Of a DNA stretch of 64,000 bases, positions 37,562 through 48,700 are shown in pieces (the stretch's first letter is position 1; every line of letters starts with the position of its first letter). Under the pieces are notes generated by a model that was not told where the DNA came from, searched no databases, and saw only the letters and a program-made list of their open reading frames with translations. Source of the DNA: Macrostomum hystrix (taxonomy: Eukaryota > Animalia > Platyhelminthes); contig CATNEN010000001.1 of assembly GCA_950097015.1 (NCBI GenBank), positions 10,230,001 to 10,294,000 on the forward strand, given 5' to 3'. A program made the translations under genes and the position numbers.

Positions 37562-38100
37562 CTAAGTCCCATGCATGGGCCAGAATTTGGCCTTATAGTG
37601 GGTCCACATGCCCTCAACCATATTCATGTGAGCATCCTGGTTATTTGGGTCATGGGGCAATCCTACACTTCCGTTCGGTAAATTATTTAGACACTGAATT
37701 TTGAACAGGCGTGTTAAATAACAATGTAACCAAACAAAACTGAAACAGTGGAACATGGTAGCAGTCTGTTAGAGCGCATAGTCACTTAGAGTGTGTCTGC
37801 AGGTCATTAAGAACCTCGTTTAATGGGATGATGAACCCGGGTGCTGCAGGTCGCCCAGCCATGGCAATGAAGACAGGAAGATATGAGAAATTGAAGCTCA
37901 ATAAAACAAGCAGCTCACAAGCAACAGCTCCCTTAAACTGACACCCCTTTAAACTCTGTTCGCTCAAACTTTTGGCCATAGACACATTGCCAATCAATGT
38001 CATTTGACAATGACTCGGTGGTACGAATTCAAATGTGAAAATAATTTACCGAACGGAAGTGTAGGATTGCCGGTCATGGAAATACAGAGAATGATTCATT
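37562..38100 (-). pseudogene. Degenerate Merlin/ISXO2-like transposase fragment split by a MITE
   Basis: Removing 37656-38079 restores MNHSLYFHDPNNQDAHMNMVEGMWTHYK, matching the ISXO2/Merlin NHS..F.DP...AHTN.IEG.W motif. Confidence 0.65.
37656..38071. mobile_element. Merlin-type MITE (416 bp)
   Basis: Perfect 33-bp TIR ggcaatcctacacttccgttcggtaaattattt; perfect 8-bp TSD GGTCATGG. Confidence 0.9.
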
Positions 38101-39941
38101 GTCAGGTTTGTAAAAGCGAGTGAATTAATTTAACGTGGGAATTTTCAGGATTGCTGGACTAGGCAACCTATCAGCAGCCAGAATGACTTAGGGGTAACTA
38201 AAAGCAGAACGCCAGAATATTGCTTTTACCTTTAACACTAATTTAACCAGAATGTAACTCAAAGCCAAATCACTAATGTAATGGTAATGCATTCATTTAG
38301 ATTCTGTGTCATGTAGGCCCCTATCAATTTTAAACAACATGTTTGATAATAAAATATAGGCGCTACATGCTCTCAAATGAAATATGCACTAGTACAAAAA
38401 TATCTGCCAATAAATATCTTTCACCGAATCTTCAAATGATGATGCTTAGAATCAAATGAGTCCTTATAATCCAGCAGCGTGCAAAGAAGCATAAGCAATA
38501 TACTTAAGCATATTATAAGTAAAATTATAAAGAGTGGGGTCACACTGTTAAAAGCCTAGCTGTTAAGCTTCTAATATCGAATTCATCAAGACTTCAAGCA
38601 ACCAGCTGATCTGACAGGTAGGTATTGGACTGCTAACTAATGAATAAGGTCTTGGTTACCATCCTTGAGTTAAGAGACAAGACTAACATCATGCAGACTG
38701 AATAATGAATGCGCAGTTCTTATTAAGCCTAGCTCTTAATTTTTGTTACCCGTAACTATTTTTTTACGTAAAGATACTGCAATTTAATGAATTGTCTTGA
38801 AATTAAATGAAAATGATGAAGTTACTTGAAAATAGCTGTGATTCGATGTTATAATGTGATGCCAAGGTGATGTTGATGATGATGTAACTATAATGTTGTG
38901 CCGTCCTCTGTTTCAAACTTTCGAAACTCATTATGATCTTTTATACAAAATTAATGAGAGATTTTAAGTCGTAAAGTTTAATGAAAATAATTTAAATTAA
39001 ACGTTACATAAAATAGTAACTACTTTAAATAATTTATTCTGCGTGTGTTGTTTTTTTGTTATAAAGCACAAACGTTGTGAAAAATAAAATATTTCTTTTT
39101 TTAAACTCCAATAATACAGGAAAGCTAGCTTTCCGGACAGCTTCAACCTGTCTATAATATTGAGCGCTAGAAGTAGCTAGAAGTAGCTAGAAGTAGGGGC
39201 GACAACTGTATAACAGTTTGGAAATCTGGTATAGATTGATTAGATCATAATCGGGCGAAAACGATTATCAAAAGTATGTTATTTCATTCCATACAAGTAT
39301 TTGTATATTTGTATATACTTATTTTTTCATTGTTCAAGTGTCTATTATTCATTCATGCGTAACTGTATTAAGTGACCACAAGTTTTTAAATTAAGCTATT
39401 GAAAAAAAAATTAACCTATAAATTCACACAAAAAGTTAATGAACATTACTCAAACATCTTGGTTTACAACCATGAAGAATATTTTAACACCAATCTGAAT
39501 CTGATTACCAATTATGTCGGGCTCTGAAAGTAACTACATTTATGCATCATTTTTAAGTAATTAACTACTTTTCCAAGAGATTGTTCTGGTTGTTACCAAA
39601 TCACAAATTATTTATTTATTTTACTTCTTGTTGGCATTTTAGTTTTAGTTTTAAGCGATATTGTTTGCTTCGGAGATAAACATACACGTTTCGTTACTAT
39701 TCTGCTTTCCGTCATGATTAGGCCCTAATTAAAATATACCTAATACTGTGCACTTTTTTAATGAACTGTTAGCCATTTTTTCATTTTATTATGTTGAATT
39801 GTGTTATTGTATCACAGATGCTATAAAAAAAGACAAGAGAACACTAGTGTTTTTAGGATCTGTGGTGTAGCTTGAGTTTCATTTTGAACTAAATCACGCG
39901 GCGCATCAAACCCCAATTTCATTCTATTTATAGCTACGAAG

Positions 39942-42900
39942 ATGATGCAAGCCTACAGTCGGGCTATAAGCGAATCAACATTTCGTTTTTCAACTCATAT
40001 CGGCTCGACACGACACAATGTTGACTATTTGCAGGAATCTGCTGATATTGACTTTGATACTCATGTGCTTCTGCACACTAAAGATCCTGAACTGGAGACA
40101 GCTTCTAAGATATTGAATCAGGCTGACTTCTGTGAGTTGGTGATATTGAACCAGCAAAGAAAAGTTTCAAGCGCTGCTATTGATATTTCCAAAGCTCTGG
40201 TGAGAAACTTAACTTTCTAATAGCAAAAAATTAACTACATACAACAAATGATAAAACATAATAATATGGCAAACCATCACCCACCAGACACAATGAACCT
40301 CACTGACAGACGGCAAACCATCACCCACCAGACACAATCAACTTCACTGACAGACGGCAAACCATCACCCACCAGACACAATGAACCTCACTGACAGATG
40401 GCAAACCATCACCCACCAGACACAATGAACCTCACTGACAGACGGCAAACCATCACCCACCAGACACAATCAACTTCACTGACAGACGGCAAACCATCAC
40501 CCACCAGACACAATGAACCTCACTGACAGACGGCAAACCATCACCCACCAGACACAATCAACTTCACTGACAGACGGCAAACCATCACCCACCAGACACA
40601 ATGAACCTCACTGACAGATGGCAAACCATCACCCACCAGACACAATGAACCTCACTGACAGACGGCAAACCATCACCCACCAGACACAATGAACCTCACT
40701 GACAGACGGCAAACCATCACCCACCAGACACAATAAACCTCACTGACAGACGGTCGACCCACCGTCACTGCTGGCGCCACTTCGAGTTCTGTCCGAGGCT
40801 CATCGCTTGCCGGTCGCAGGCCTGACGGAGACCCAGCGATCAGCCGTCCGAAGCGCCCTTTCTGACTGTTTGGCCCACGCAGCCACTGAATCCGGCATTC
40901 TGTCTGGTTGGTTTGACGTTGCCTTGACAACCGCCCGGAATAACTTAGCAACGCGGCTAGTAAATAGTCACGGCGACATTTCTTCTACAACAGACTTTGA
41001 GCTGCTAAGCCTCACCCTGACGATATGCCAGAACTATTCGGACTCAGATGTGACGGGCAGCTTATCTGTTGCTATGGCAACAGATGGCGTCAACTTAGTT
41101 CGTATGTGTCGAGAGATTTTATCGGCCTTGTCAGCTGATCACGTTGCCGGTAGGCTGCACCAAGCTGTGGAAAATTTGCTTAGGCAATGCATCTCCATTC
41201 CTTACAATTTGTACTTCAAGCAGCAGCCAAAGGTTAGTTTGTCGTTTTGAACTAACAAATTCCATAAATGTTATACGACGATCTATAATGTAAAATGTAA
41301 AAGAATTAAATTTGAGTACAAATCATGGACTTCGTATGCTCAATATTTACGATGGAAAAGCTACCCTATTACACAGTTCTTTTGGGAGCCCAATGCCTGT
41401 GTACTCAATAGCCTGTGTACTCAATAGCCTGTGTACTCAATAGCATATGTACTCAATGGCCTGTGTACTCAATAGCATGTGTACATAATGGCCTGTGTAC
41501 TCAACAGCTAGAATTTAAATCTATAAAGAAGGGTATTCGCATGCTTTATTATACTAATAAGGTTTATGACTAAATGATGAGTTAATTGCTGATTATCTCG
41601 TGCTTTCCTAGGTGACATCGGCTCTCAGCCAGTTTAAGCTGGTTCAGTGCACCAGGCCCTATCTGAATTCGCCAGATGAAGATGTCAGACTGGCTTCCTA
41701 CCTGTTGCTGGTGTTCGCCTGCAGCGAAACTCAGGCCGCGAATTGTCTAGCCGAGACGCGCCTAGTTGAACTGCTGATCAATCGACTGCGACTCGCGCTG
41801 CAGGCTAGTGATCGCCGATGCCAGGGCTATCACTGCGTGGAGCTGGCGAAATGTGAGTCGTTCGGATTATTAACAAATGGCTTGCAAATCTTCTTGGAAG
41901 TTTTCATACCGTGTCGGAAAATTCTCTCTCCTTCGCGGAGTGTTCACAAAATTTCGTGAGAGAGTGCTCAAGCCTTCCTAGATCGTTCCCAAACCTTCCT
42001 AGAGAGTGCTCACTGCTCAAAAATGCCTAGAGAGTGCTCAAACCTTTCTTTAGAGTGCTCAAACCTTTCTTTAGAGTGCTCAAACCTTTCTTTAGATTGC
42101 TCAAACCTTTCTTTAGATTGCTCAAACCTTTCTTTAGAGTGCTCAAACCTTTCTTTAGAGTGCTCAAACCTTTCTTTAGAGTGCTCAAACCTTTCTTTAG
42201 AGTGCTCAAGCCTTTCTTTAGATTGCTCAAACCTTTCTTTAGATTGCTCAAACCTTTCTTTAGAGTGCTCAAACCTTTCTTTAGAGTGCTCAAACCTTTC
42301 TTTAGAGTGCTCAAACCTTTCTTTAGAGTGCTCAAGCCTTTCTTTAGATTGCTCAAACCTTTCTTTAGAGTGCTCAAACCTTTCTTTAGAGTGCTCAAAC
42401 CTTTCTTTAGAGTGCTCAAACCTTTCTTTAGAGTGCTCAAACCTTTCTTTAGAGTGCTCAAACCTTTCTTTAGAGTGCTCAAGCCTTTCTTTAGATTGCT
42501 CAAACCTTTCTTTAGAGTGCTCAAACCTTTCTTTAGAGTGCTCAAACCTTTCTTTAGATTGCTCAAACCTTTCTTTAGAGTGCTCAAACCTTTCTTTAGA
42601 GTGCTCAAACCTTTCTTTAGATTGCTCAAACCTTTCTTTAGAGTGCTTAAACCTTTCTTTAGAGTGCTTAAACCTTTCTTGGAAGTGCTCAAGCCTTTCC
42701 GATGATCAGGATGTAATCCTTCTGATTTGAACAAGGCATTCTAGGCTCCTAATTATCAAAAATCCAAAGGATTCTCAATTAATTCCGGAACTGCTCTAAA
42801 GGTGCTCTAAGAATGGCCCGAAACGACACCAACAAGGAGCAGTTAGTGGACAGCGGTCTACTCACACTGCTCACAGACATGATGTCAGGCGGACGAGCCG

Positions 42901-44926
42901 ACGAGCAATTGGTTGCTATGGAAACGGCGCTATGTCTTTCATTTAGCTCCGCCTGCGTGCCAAGAATTCGCGAGCAATGCCGCGCCGGGTTTAACACAAT
43001 TCGCCGACTTTCGGAATCCGGCGAAACGGACGACAAAAAGGAACTGACGAAGGAGCTGCGGTTAACAATGGAAGCTATGGATTTCAATCTAGACGAGGGT
43101 CAGACAGTTGAGTCTCTGCTCGCTTCGCGCTTGTTTTCTCAGCGTTGCTTAGCAACCAGGCAGGAGGAGAGCGACAGTGATAAAGAAGAGGACGAGGATG
43201 TCAGGCAGGAAGGACGTAAGTTATTGGCTGATCATCAGGAACGGTAGACCACGGGGTATTTCAAATACCCAAACTTTTCTTTTTCTCTGCATCTCCAAAC
43301 ATATTCAGCCAATTGTCATGAAAATCCAGAACACGGGGCTAAACTTTCCGCTCTATTCGATGAAACAACTTCCAGATGTACAAAACATCGGCATCGTCAT
43401 GATATTCAACGATTCTCGTCGGAGAGTCTGGTGGCAAGAACCACAAATAAAAGCATATTTATTTCTGCTCACAAAATTTCGGTTATCATGGATAACTATT
43501 TTGAATTGTTTAATTTCTTAATTTATGCATTTTTGAACCAATATGGATTCGCCATAGAATAGAGGTTCACACAGAGCAATGTGAGTTGTCCTTGTCACCA
43601 GGGTCTTCGACGAGAATCGCTGAATATTTTGACGATGCTGACGTCGGACTGCTTTGAAAAATATTTTATCGTAAACGACGGAAGATTTTGATCCATGTGG
43701 TGGACTTTCACGAATATCGGTCATTCGGTTTGGGAGCTATCGTTTAGTAGTATTTGAAATACCCCTAAAAAGTAAAACAATTATTTCTAGCGATTAAAAA
43801 ACCAATCGAGACGGTTGCCACCCAAGGGCCGCATCAAACTAGATCAAAGATAATTACCGACGTTGGTCACGTGATGATCAGCTATCATCAGGCTAGCAGC
43901 TCCGATTTGGCAATCTGGTTGAAAGATCGGCTTCAAGAAGCTGGATTGTCAGTGAGTCTTGGAATTTGTTCAACTTGTTGTAGTTCAATACAATTTATAC
44001 GTTACTATTCGGATCTGTCATGTTTAGGTCTGGCTCGATCGGGACTCAATGCAAGGCTCCGCACTGGAGTGCATGGCTCAAGCTGTGGAATCTGCCGCTG
44101 TCATGCTGCTGTGCCTTTCTCGCGGCTACAAGGACAGCAATTCGTGTCGAATGGGTTAGTTTTTCACTACTAAACAGTAAAAAGATCACTGGGTGTATCA
44201 AGTTTCTAAAACTTGAACTTATCAGAGCGTAATACTTTCGTTTCAGAGGCCGAATACGCTTTGCGACGCGGTAAGCGCATTCTGACTGTGCAAGCGGAGC
44301 CACAGTACACGCCAGACGGCTGGCTGGGCCTACTAGTCGGTTCGCAGATAATACTGGATTTTTCCAAACCTGACAACTGGAGCGCCGCTTTGCCTAACCT
44401 TATGCGCGCACTCCAGCCGCCGTCACGTGACTTATTGCGATCAACTTCACCCACAGCAGAGCTTCAAAATCTACCCGCACAGCCACCCCAACCTCCGCCT
44501 TCGCAGTCTTGTAATTTCCTACCCCTGCAGCCACCCCAACCTCCGCCTTCGCAGTCTCGTAATTTCCTACCCCCGCAGCCACCCCAACCGTCGCCTTCGC
44601 AGTCTCATAATTTCCTACCCCCGAAGCCATCCCAACCTCCGCCTTCGCAAGCTCTTTTATTTCTATCCCCAAACCCACCCCACCACCGAGCGTACACAAA
44701 CTGGTCTGCGGAGCGCGTTTCTGATTGGCTACGCGCACGCGGCCTATCCCCGCACTTGGAGCCGTTTCGTCTAACAGGCGAGCATTTGGAGTTTTTGACG
44801 CAGCTTCGCCGAGAAGCGCCTGAGGCTTTCTATCGCATGTTGGAGACGCAATTGCGATTGGCTAATTTTCACGATATTTTCTCATTCGTGCGCTCTCTGG
44901 AAGCCCTGGAATGTGAGCAAGAATAA
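39942..44926 (+). CDS. Armadillo-like repeat / TIR / SAM-like protein, 7 exons, ~787 aa
   Basis: Exons 39942-40199, 40750-41232, 41612-41852, 42802-43215, 43791-43951, 44028-44154, 44247-44926 splice in frame. ARM-like helices (ARNDTNKEQLVDSGLLTLL); TIR (HVMISY..VWLD..MAQAVES..YKDSNSCRMEAEYA..PDGWLG); C-terminal WSAERVSDWL SAM-like start. Confidence 0.85.
40267..40749. repeat. 44-bp intronic minisatellite, ~11 copies; last unit supplies the 3' splice site
   Basis: gacggcaaaccatcacccaccagacacaatgaacctcactgaca tandem copies. Confidence 0.95.
41395..41505. repeat. 16-bp intronic minisatellite (gcctgtgtactcaata)
   Basis: About seven tandem copies. Confidence 0.85.
42029..42697. repeat. 21-bp intronic minisatellite (agagtgctcaaacctttcttt), ~32 copies
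   Basis: Tandem copies; explains three spurious ORFs. Confidence 0.97.
43253..43765. mobile_element. MITE with GGGGTATTTCAAATAC TIRs in intron 4 of the TIR gene
   Basis: 16-bp inverted termini; internal sequence recurs at ~51815-51975 and the right TIR at 52351-52366. No TSD identified. Confidence 0.7.
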
Positions 44927-45175
44927 TATGAAATCGGGTCGCACTGCTTTGTTCAGGCGGTAACTACATTTATTTTATGAATCTTTTATATTCAGAAAAA
45001 TATTTCTTATTCTTAAAACGTGTGATCTTTGATGGTAGTTGTTGGTTTTTACCGACGTTTTTCTTTAGCGGAAAAGCTTTCATGAGCACAAAATATATGC
45101 ATGACTTAATTAAAATACCTAGAAAATCGTTTTGACAACGAATTTTCTTCCTCATTTGTTCGCGTAAAATAATGG

Positions 45176-45385
45176 ATTGTAGCCTTTTAGTTATAGCGTC
45201 AGATCAACTACTTGAATTTCGGGGTTTCGATTCTTGACTCAACTAGACCATTTTGTGTCCTTGAGCGAAAGATTTAACTGTGAATTGCTTCAGTTCATCC
45301 AGCTGTTAGACGGGTAGCAGCATCAGCTGGGGTAATTGAAGTTGGGGTGGGTGTGGCGCCCCCAGTTCATGGACTGAACAGCTTT
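45176..45385 (+). mobile_element. tRNA-derived SINE family B, degenerate copy
   Basis: Similar to 48848-49095 (tgtgtccttgag..tgcttcagttcatccagctgt..catggactgaacag). Confidence 0.75.
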
Positions 45386-45404
45386 CATCCCTTATCAGTA
45401 ACGA

Positions 45405-45548
45405 ACCAACTGTCAGCCAATCAGAAATTGGCCAGACTGTCAGCCAATCAGAAAGTGACCAGACTGTCAGCCAATCAGAAAGTGACCAGACTGTCAGCCA
45501 ATCAGAAAGTGACCACACTGTCAACCAATCAGAAAGTGACCAGACTGT
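45405..45548. repeat. 27-bp minisatellite (cagactgtcagccaatcagaaagtgac), ~5 copies
   Basis: Tandem copies between the TIR gene and MANBA. Confidence 0.9.
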
Positions 45549-45741
45549 AAGATGAAAAACATTTAATGCGAACTTACAAGGATGCATATATAATTTTTTT
45601 TATCAGGAATTTAATGAAAATATTTTTGTATATTTTATATTGTTAGCTTTAAAAATATGTAATTTAGTTGGCTTTAAAACCAGTTAATTTAGTGTTTTAC
45701 TTTTACTTTGGTTAGTTAATAAAATATCCGATCGAATTTCG

Positions 45742-48700
45742 TCACAAAAAGTGCATCAGCAGGCACTGTTTTACATCATTGGCCGACTTGTTTCCAGGCA
45801 CTTGTGTCAGCTCCACAGAACTTAATCTTTTAGTTAGATGGAATGCGTTGTCAGATAGAATCGATTTGGCCATTGATGGACAAACGAATTGTAGGTGAAC
45901 AGCGTAAAGCGGCGACTGACTCGACAGATCGATTCTAAACTGGTCAGAACCGGTCTTGGTGATGTTTACCGTCTGAAAGCGAACCAATAATGACGGCGCA
46001 TTTAGTCGCAATCAAATACTTTGCTTCTTAATTTTACTTAATACTTTTGCAGGATTAGAATTATCGGTTTATTATTATTATTTGCAGGAGGGCTGCGGGC
46101 AATGGAACATCATTAGGTGACACTAGACCCACAGCCAGCGAGGAGGCAATTCTGCCCGTTTCGCTGACTCCTGAGCACACAAGCACACAGATACTGTACA
46201 CAGGCACACGCTCACACAGGTGTGTACATCTGCCTTGATGTACACTCTCACTGTGCCTTGGAGGTTGGCCCTTAAGGGCGTAAATTGCACGACAAGCCCC
46301 CCAAGCCTTCTCTCCGCGGCTGCGCCCCAAATAAATGTGGCCTCGCCGCAGAATCGAACTTAGGAACCTTGGTGCGAGAGGCAAACGCGTTAACGGCTCT
46401 GCCGCCGACCCCCCTATGATGATCGGTACCAGTTGTGGCCTTTTGGCGCGCCTGAAGTTTTTTGGCGCATCGAAAAAGTATTGCTCCGGCGGGGCTTCGG
46501 CGCCGACCAAAGCGGCTTCCAGCAGACAGTTGCTGGCTAGCGGGCAGCCGCAGAGATTCAGCAGCTCAGCTTCGGTTTGGCGAAACAGTTCAACTGGACA
46601 GTTCGGAGACGTCTGTAAAGAGTTGATTCAAGCGATGAGGCATATGATGGGCATAGTGCATTCTTGTGAAGATCTATGGATTAAAAATGCATCGGGAATT
46701 TCAGATTGGAAAACAGAAAATTTCATTCGGAAGAATTCAGGATCGGGGATCGGGATTGAGATTGGGATTGGTAATTGGGATTGGGAATCGGGATATGGAA
46801 TCGGGATTGTGAAACGGGATTGGGAATCGGTATTGGAATTGGAATTGGAAATCGGGAATCGGGATTGGAATTGGAAATCGGTATTGGGAATCGGGATTGG
46901 AAATGGAATTGGAAATCGGGAATCGGGATTGGAATTGGAAATCGGGATTGGGAATCGGTATTGGGAATCGGGATTGGGAATCGGGATTGGGAATCGGGAT
47001 TGGGAATCGGGATTGGGAATCGGTATTGGGAATCGGGATTGGGAATCGGGATTGGGAATCGGTATTGGGAATCGGGATTGGGAATCGGGATTGGGAATCG
47101 GGATTGGAATTGGGATGGGGATTCGGAATTGGGAATCGGGATTGGCAATGAGGAAGAATTCGGGATTGGGGATCGGGAAGAATTCAGGATTGGGGATCGG
47201 GAAGAATTCGGGATTGGGGATCGGGAAGAAATGGGGATCACTAGCTGGAGATGGAGAACATGGAAAAGCAAGAAAAGCATATGTTGAGGCAAGTGTCTCA
47301 CCCAGTTAGCGTTAACAGTCCAACTATTCAAAGCAGTTAAACTGTTTATGTCGTAACACTTGAATGCGACTACAACCGGCCTTGGAGAATTCGCTTCGTT
47401 GGAGTTTGACTCCTGAATATAGATCGCCTCGACGTGATCATCGTTGACATTCTTCACCATGACAACGCGACTGTTGGCATAGTAACGCTTGGCATAGTAG
47501 TGCGCCACTTTCCACACCCCGGTGACTTCGACGCTGGACCAGGTAGGCGCAGCCCAGACGTCGTTCAACTGCCAGTACATCACTCCGGATGAGAAGCCTT
47601 CTAAACCAGCGCTTTCAGGCTCGCCAAGATCGGCGGCCTGCCGCAGGCGGCAGCGGTAGAGAGCGTGCTGGTGCGTCACTCGGCGATAGATCTCCGCCTG
47701 GTCAACCTGGCTGGCGTACGACTTGTAGGCGTACCGAGCCAACTGGGCCGTGAGCCGCTTCAACTGCCGCGGGTTGAGCAATAGAACTGAACAGAAGCTC
47801 CAACCAAAACCTAACAGCATGTCTACCGGGTGTCTACCGGGTGTCTAGGGGTGTCTACCGGGTGTCTACCGGGTGTCTAGGGGTGTCTACCGGGTGTCTA
47901 GGGGTGTCTACCGGGTGTCTAGGGGTGTCTACCGGGTGTCTAGGGGTGTCTACCGGGTGTCTAGGGGTGTCTACCGAGTGTCTAGGGGTGTCTACCGGGT
48001 GTCTAGGGGTGTCTACCGGGTGTCTACCGGGTTTCTACCGGTTGTCTACCGGGTGTCTAACGGGTTGTTAACGGGTATCTATGGGGTGTCTACCAGGTGT
48101 CTAACGGGCCTTTAACGGGTGCCTACCGGGCATCTTATCGGTGTCTATCAGGTGTCTACAAGGTGCCTTCCCTAACAGTTGTCTCCCTGGTGTCTACCGG
48201 GTGTCTTTTAAGATACTACCGATTTCTTCTACGAGTCTACTAGGTGTCTGCCGACCTGGTGTCGAACAGATGTATTTTGCAAGTCTACCAGGTGCCTACC
48301 AGGTATCTAAGTATAGTGCCTACTAGGTTTTCTACCGAGTGTCTGCGCGGTCATTTTCTAGACTCGCACCCCAATGACCACTTATTTAGCCGTACAAACC
48401 TGATCTGGCGGCACAGAATAGTTGTCAGTCAGCAATTTCCCAATCTGCTCATTGTTGATTCCCACAAGCCAGTCGGGCTGTTCACTAAGAAAATGTCGGT
48501 CATTGTGACGAGCAATGATCGCAGTGCCATTCGGCTGGTGTTCCCTGTGAAGTGTGAAATTCGTATCGACTCCAATATTTGCTGTATTATCAGTGGCAGA
48601 TAGTACTGTGAGTAGGCTAGGATGAGACTGGAATCCGAATTCGGAGATCAGTCGGGCCAGCGGTGTTGTCTGCGGCAGCCACATGTCCTCTGTGTAGCTG

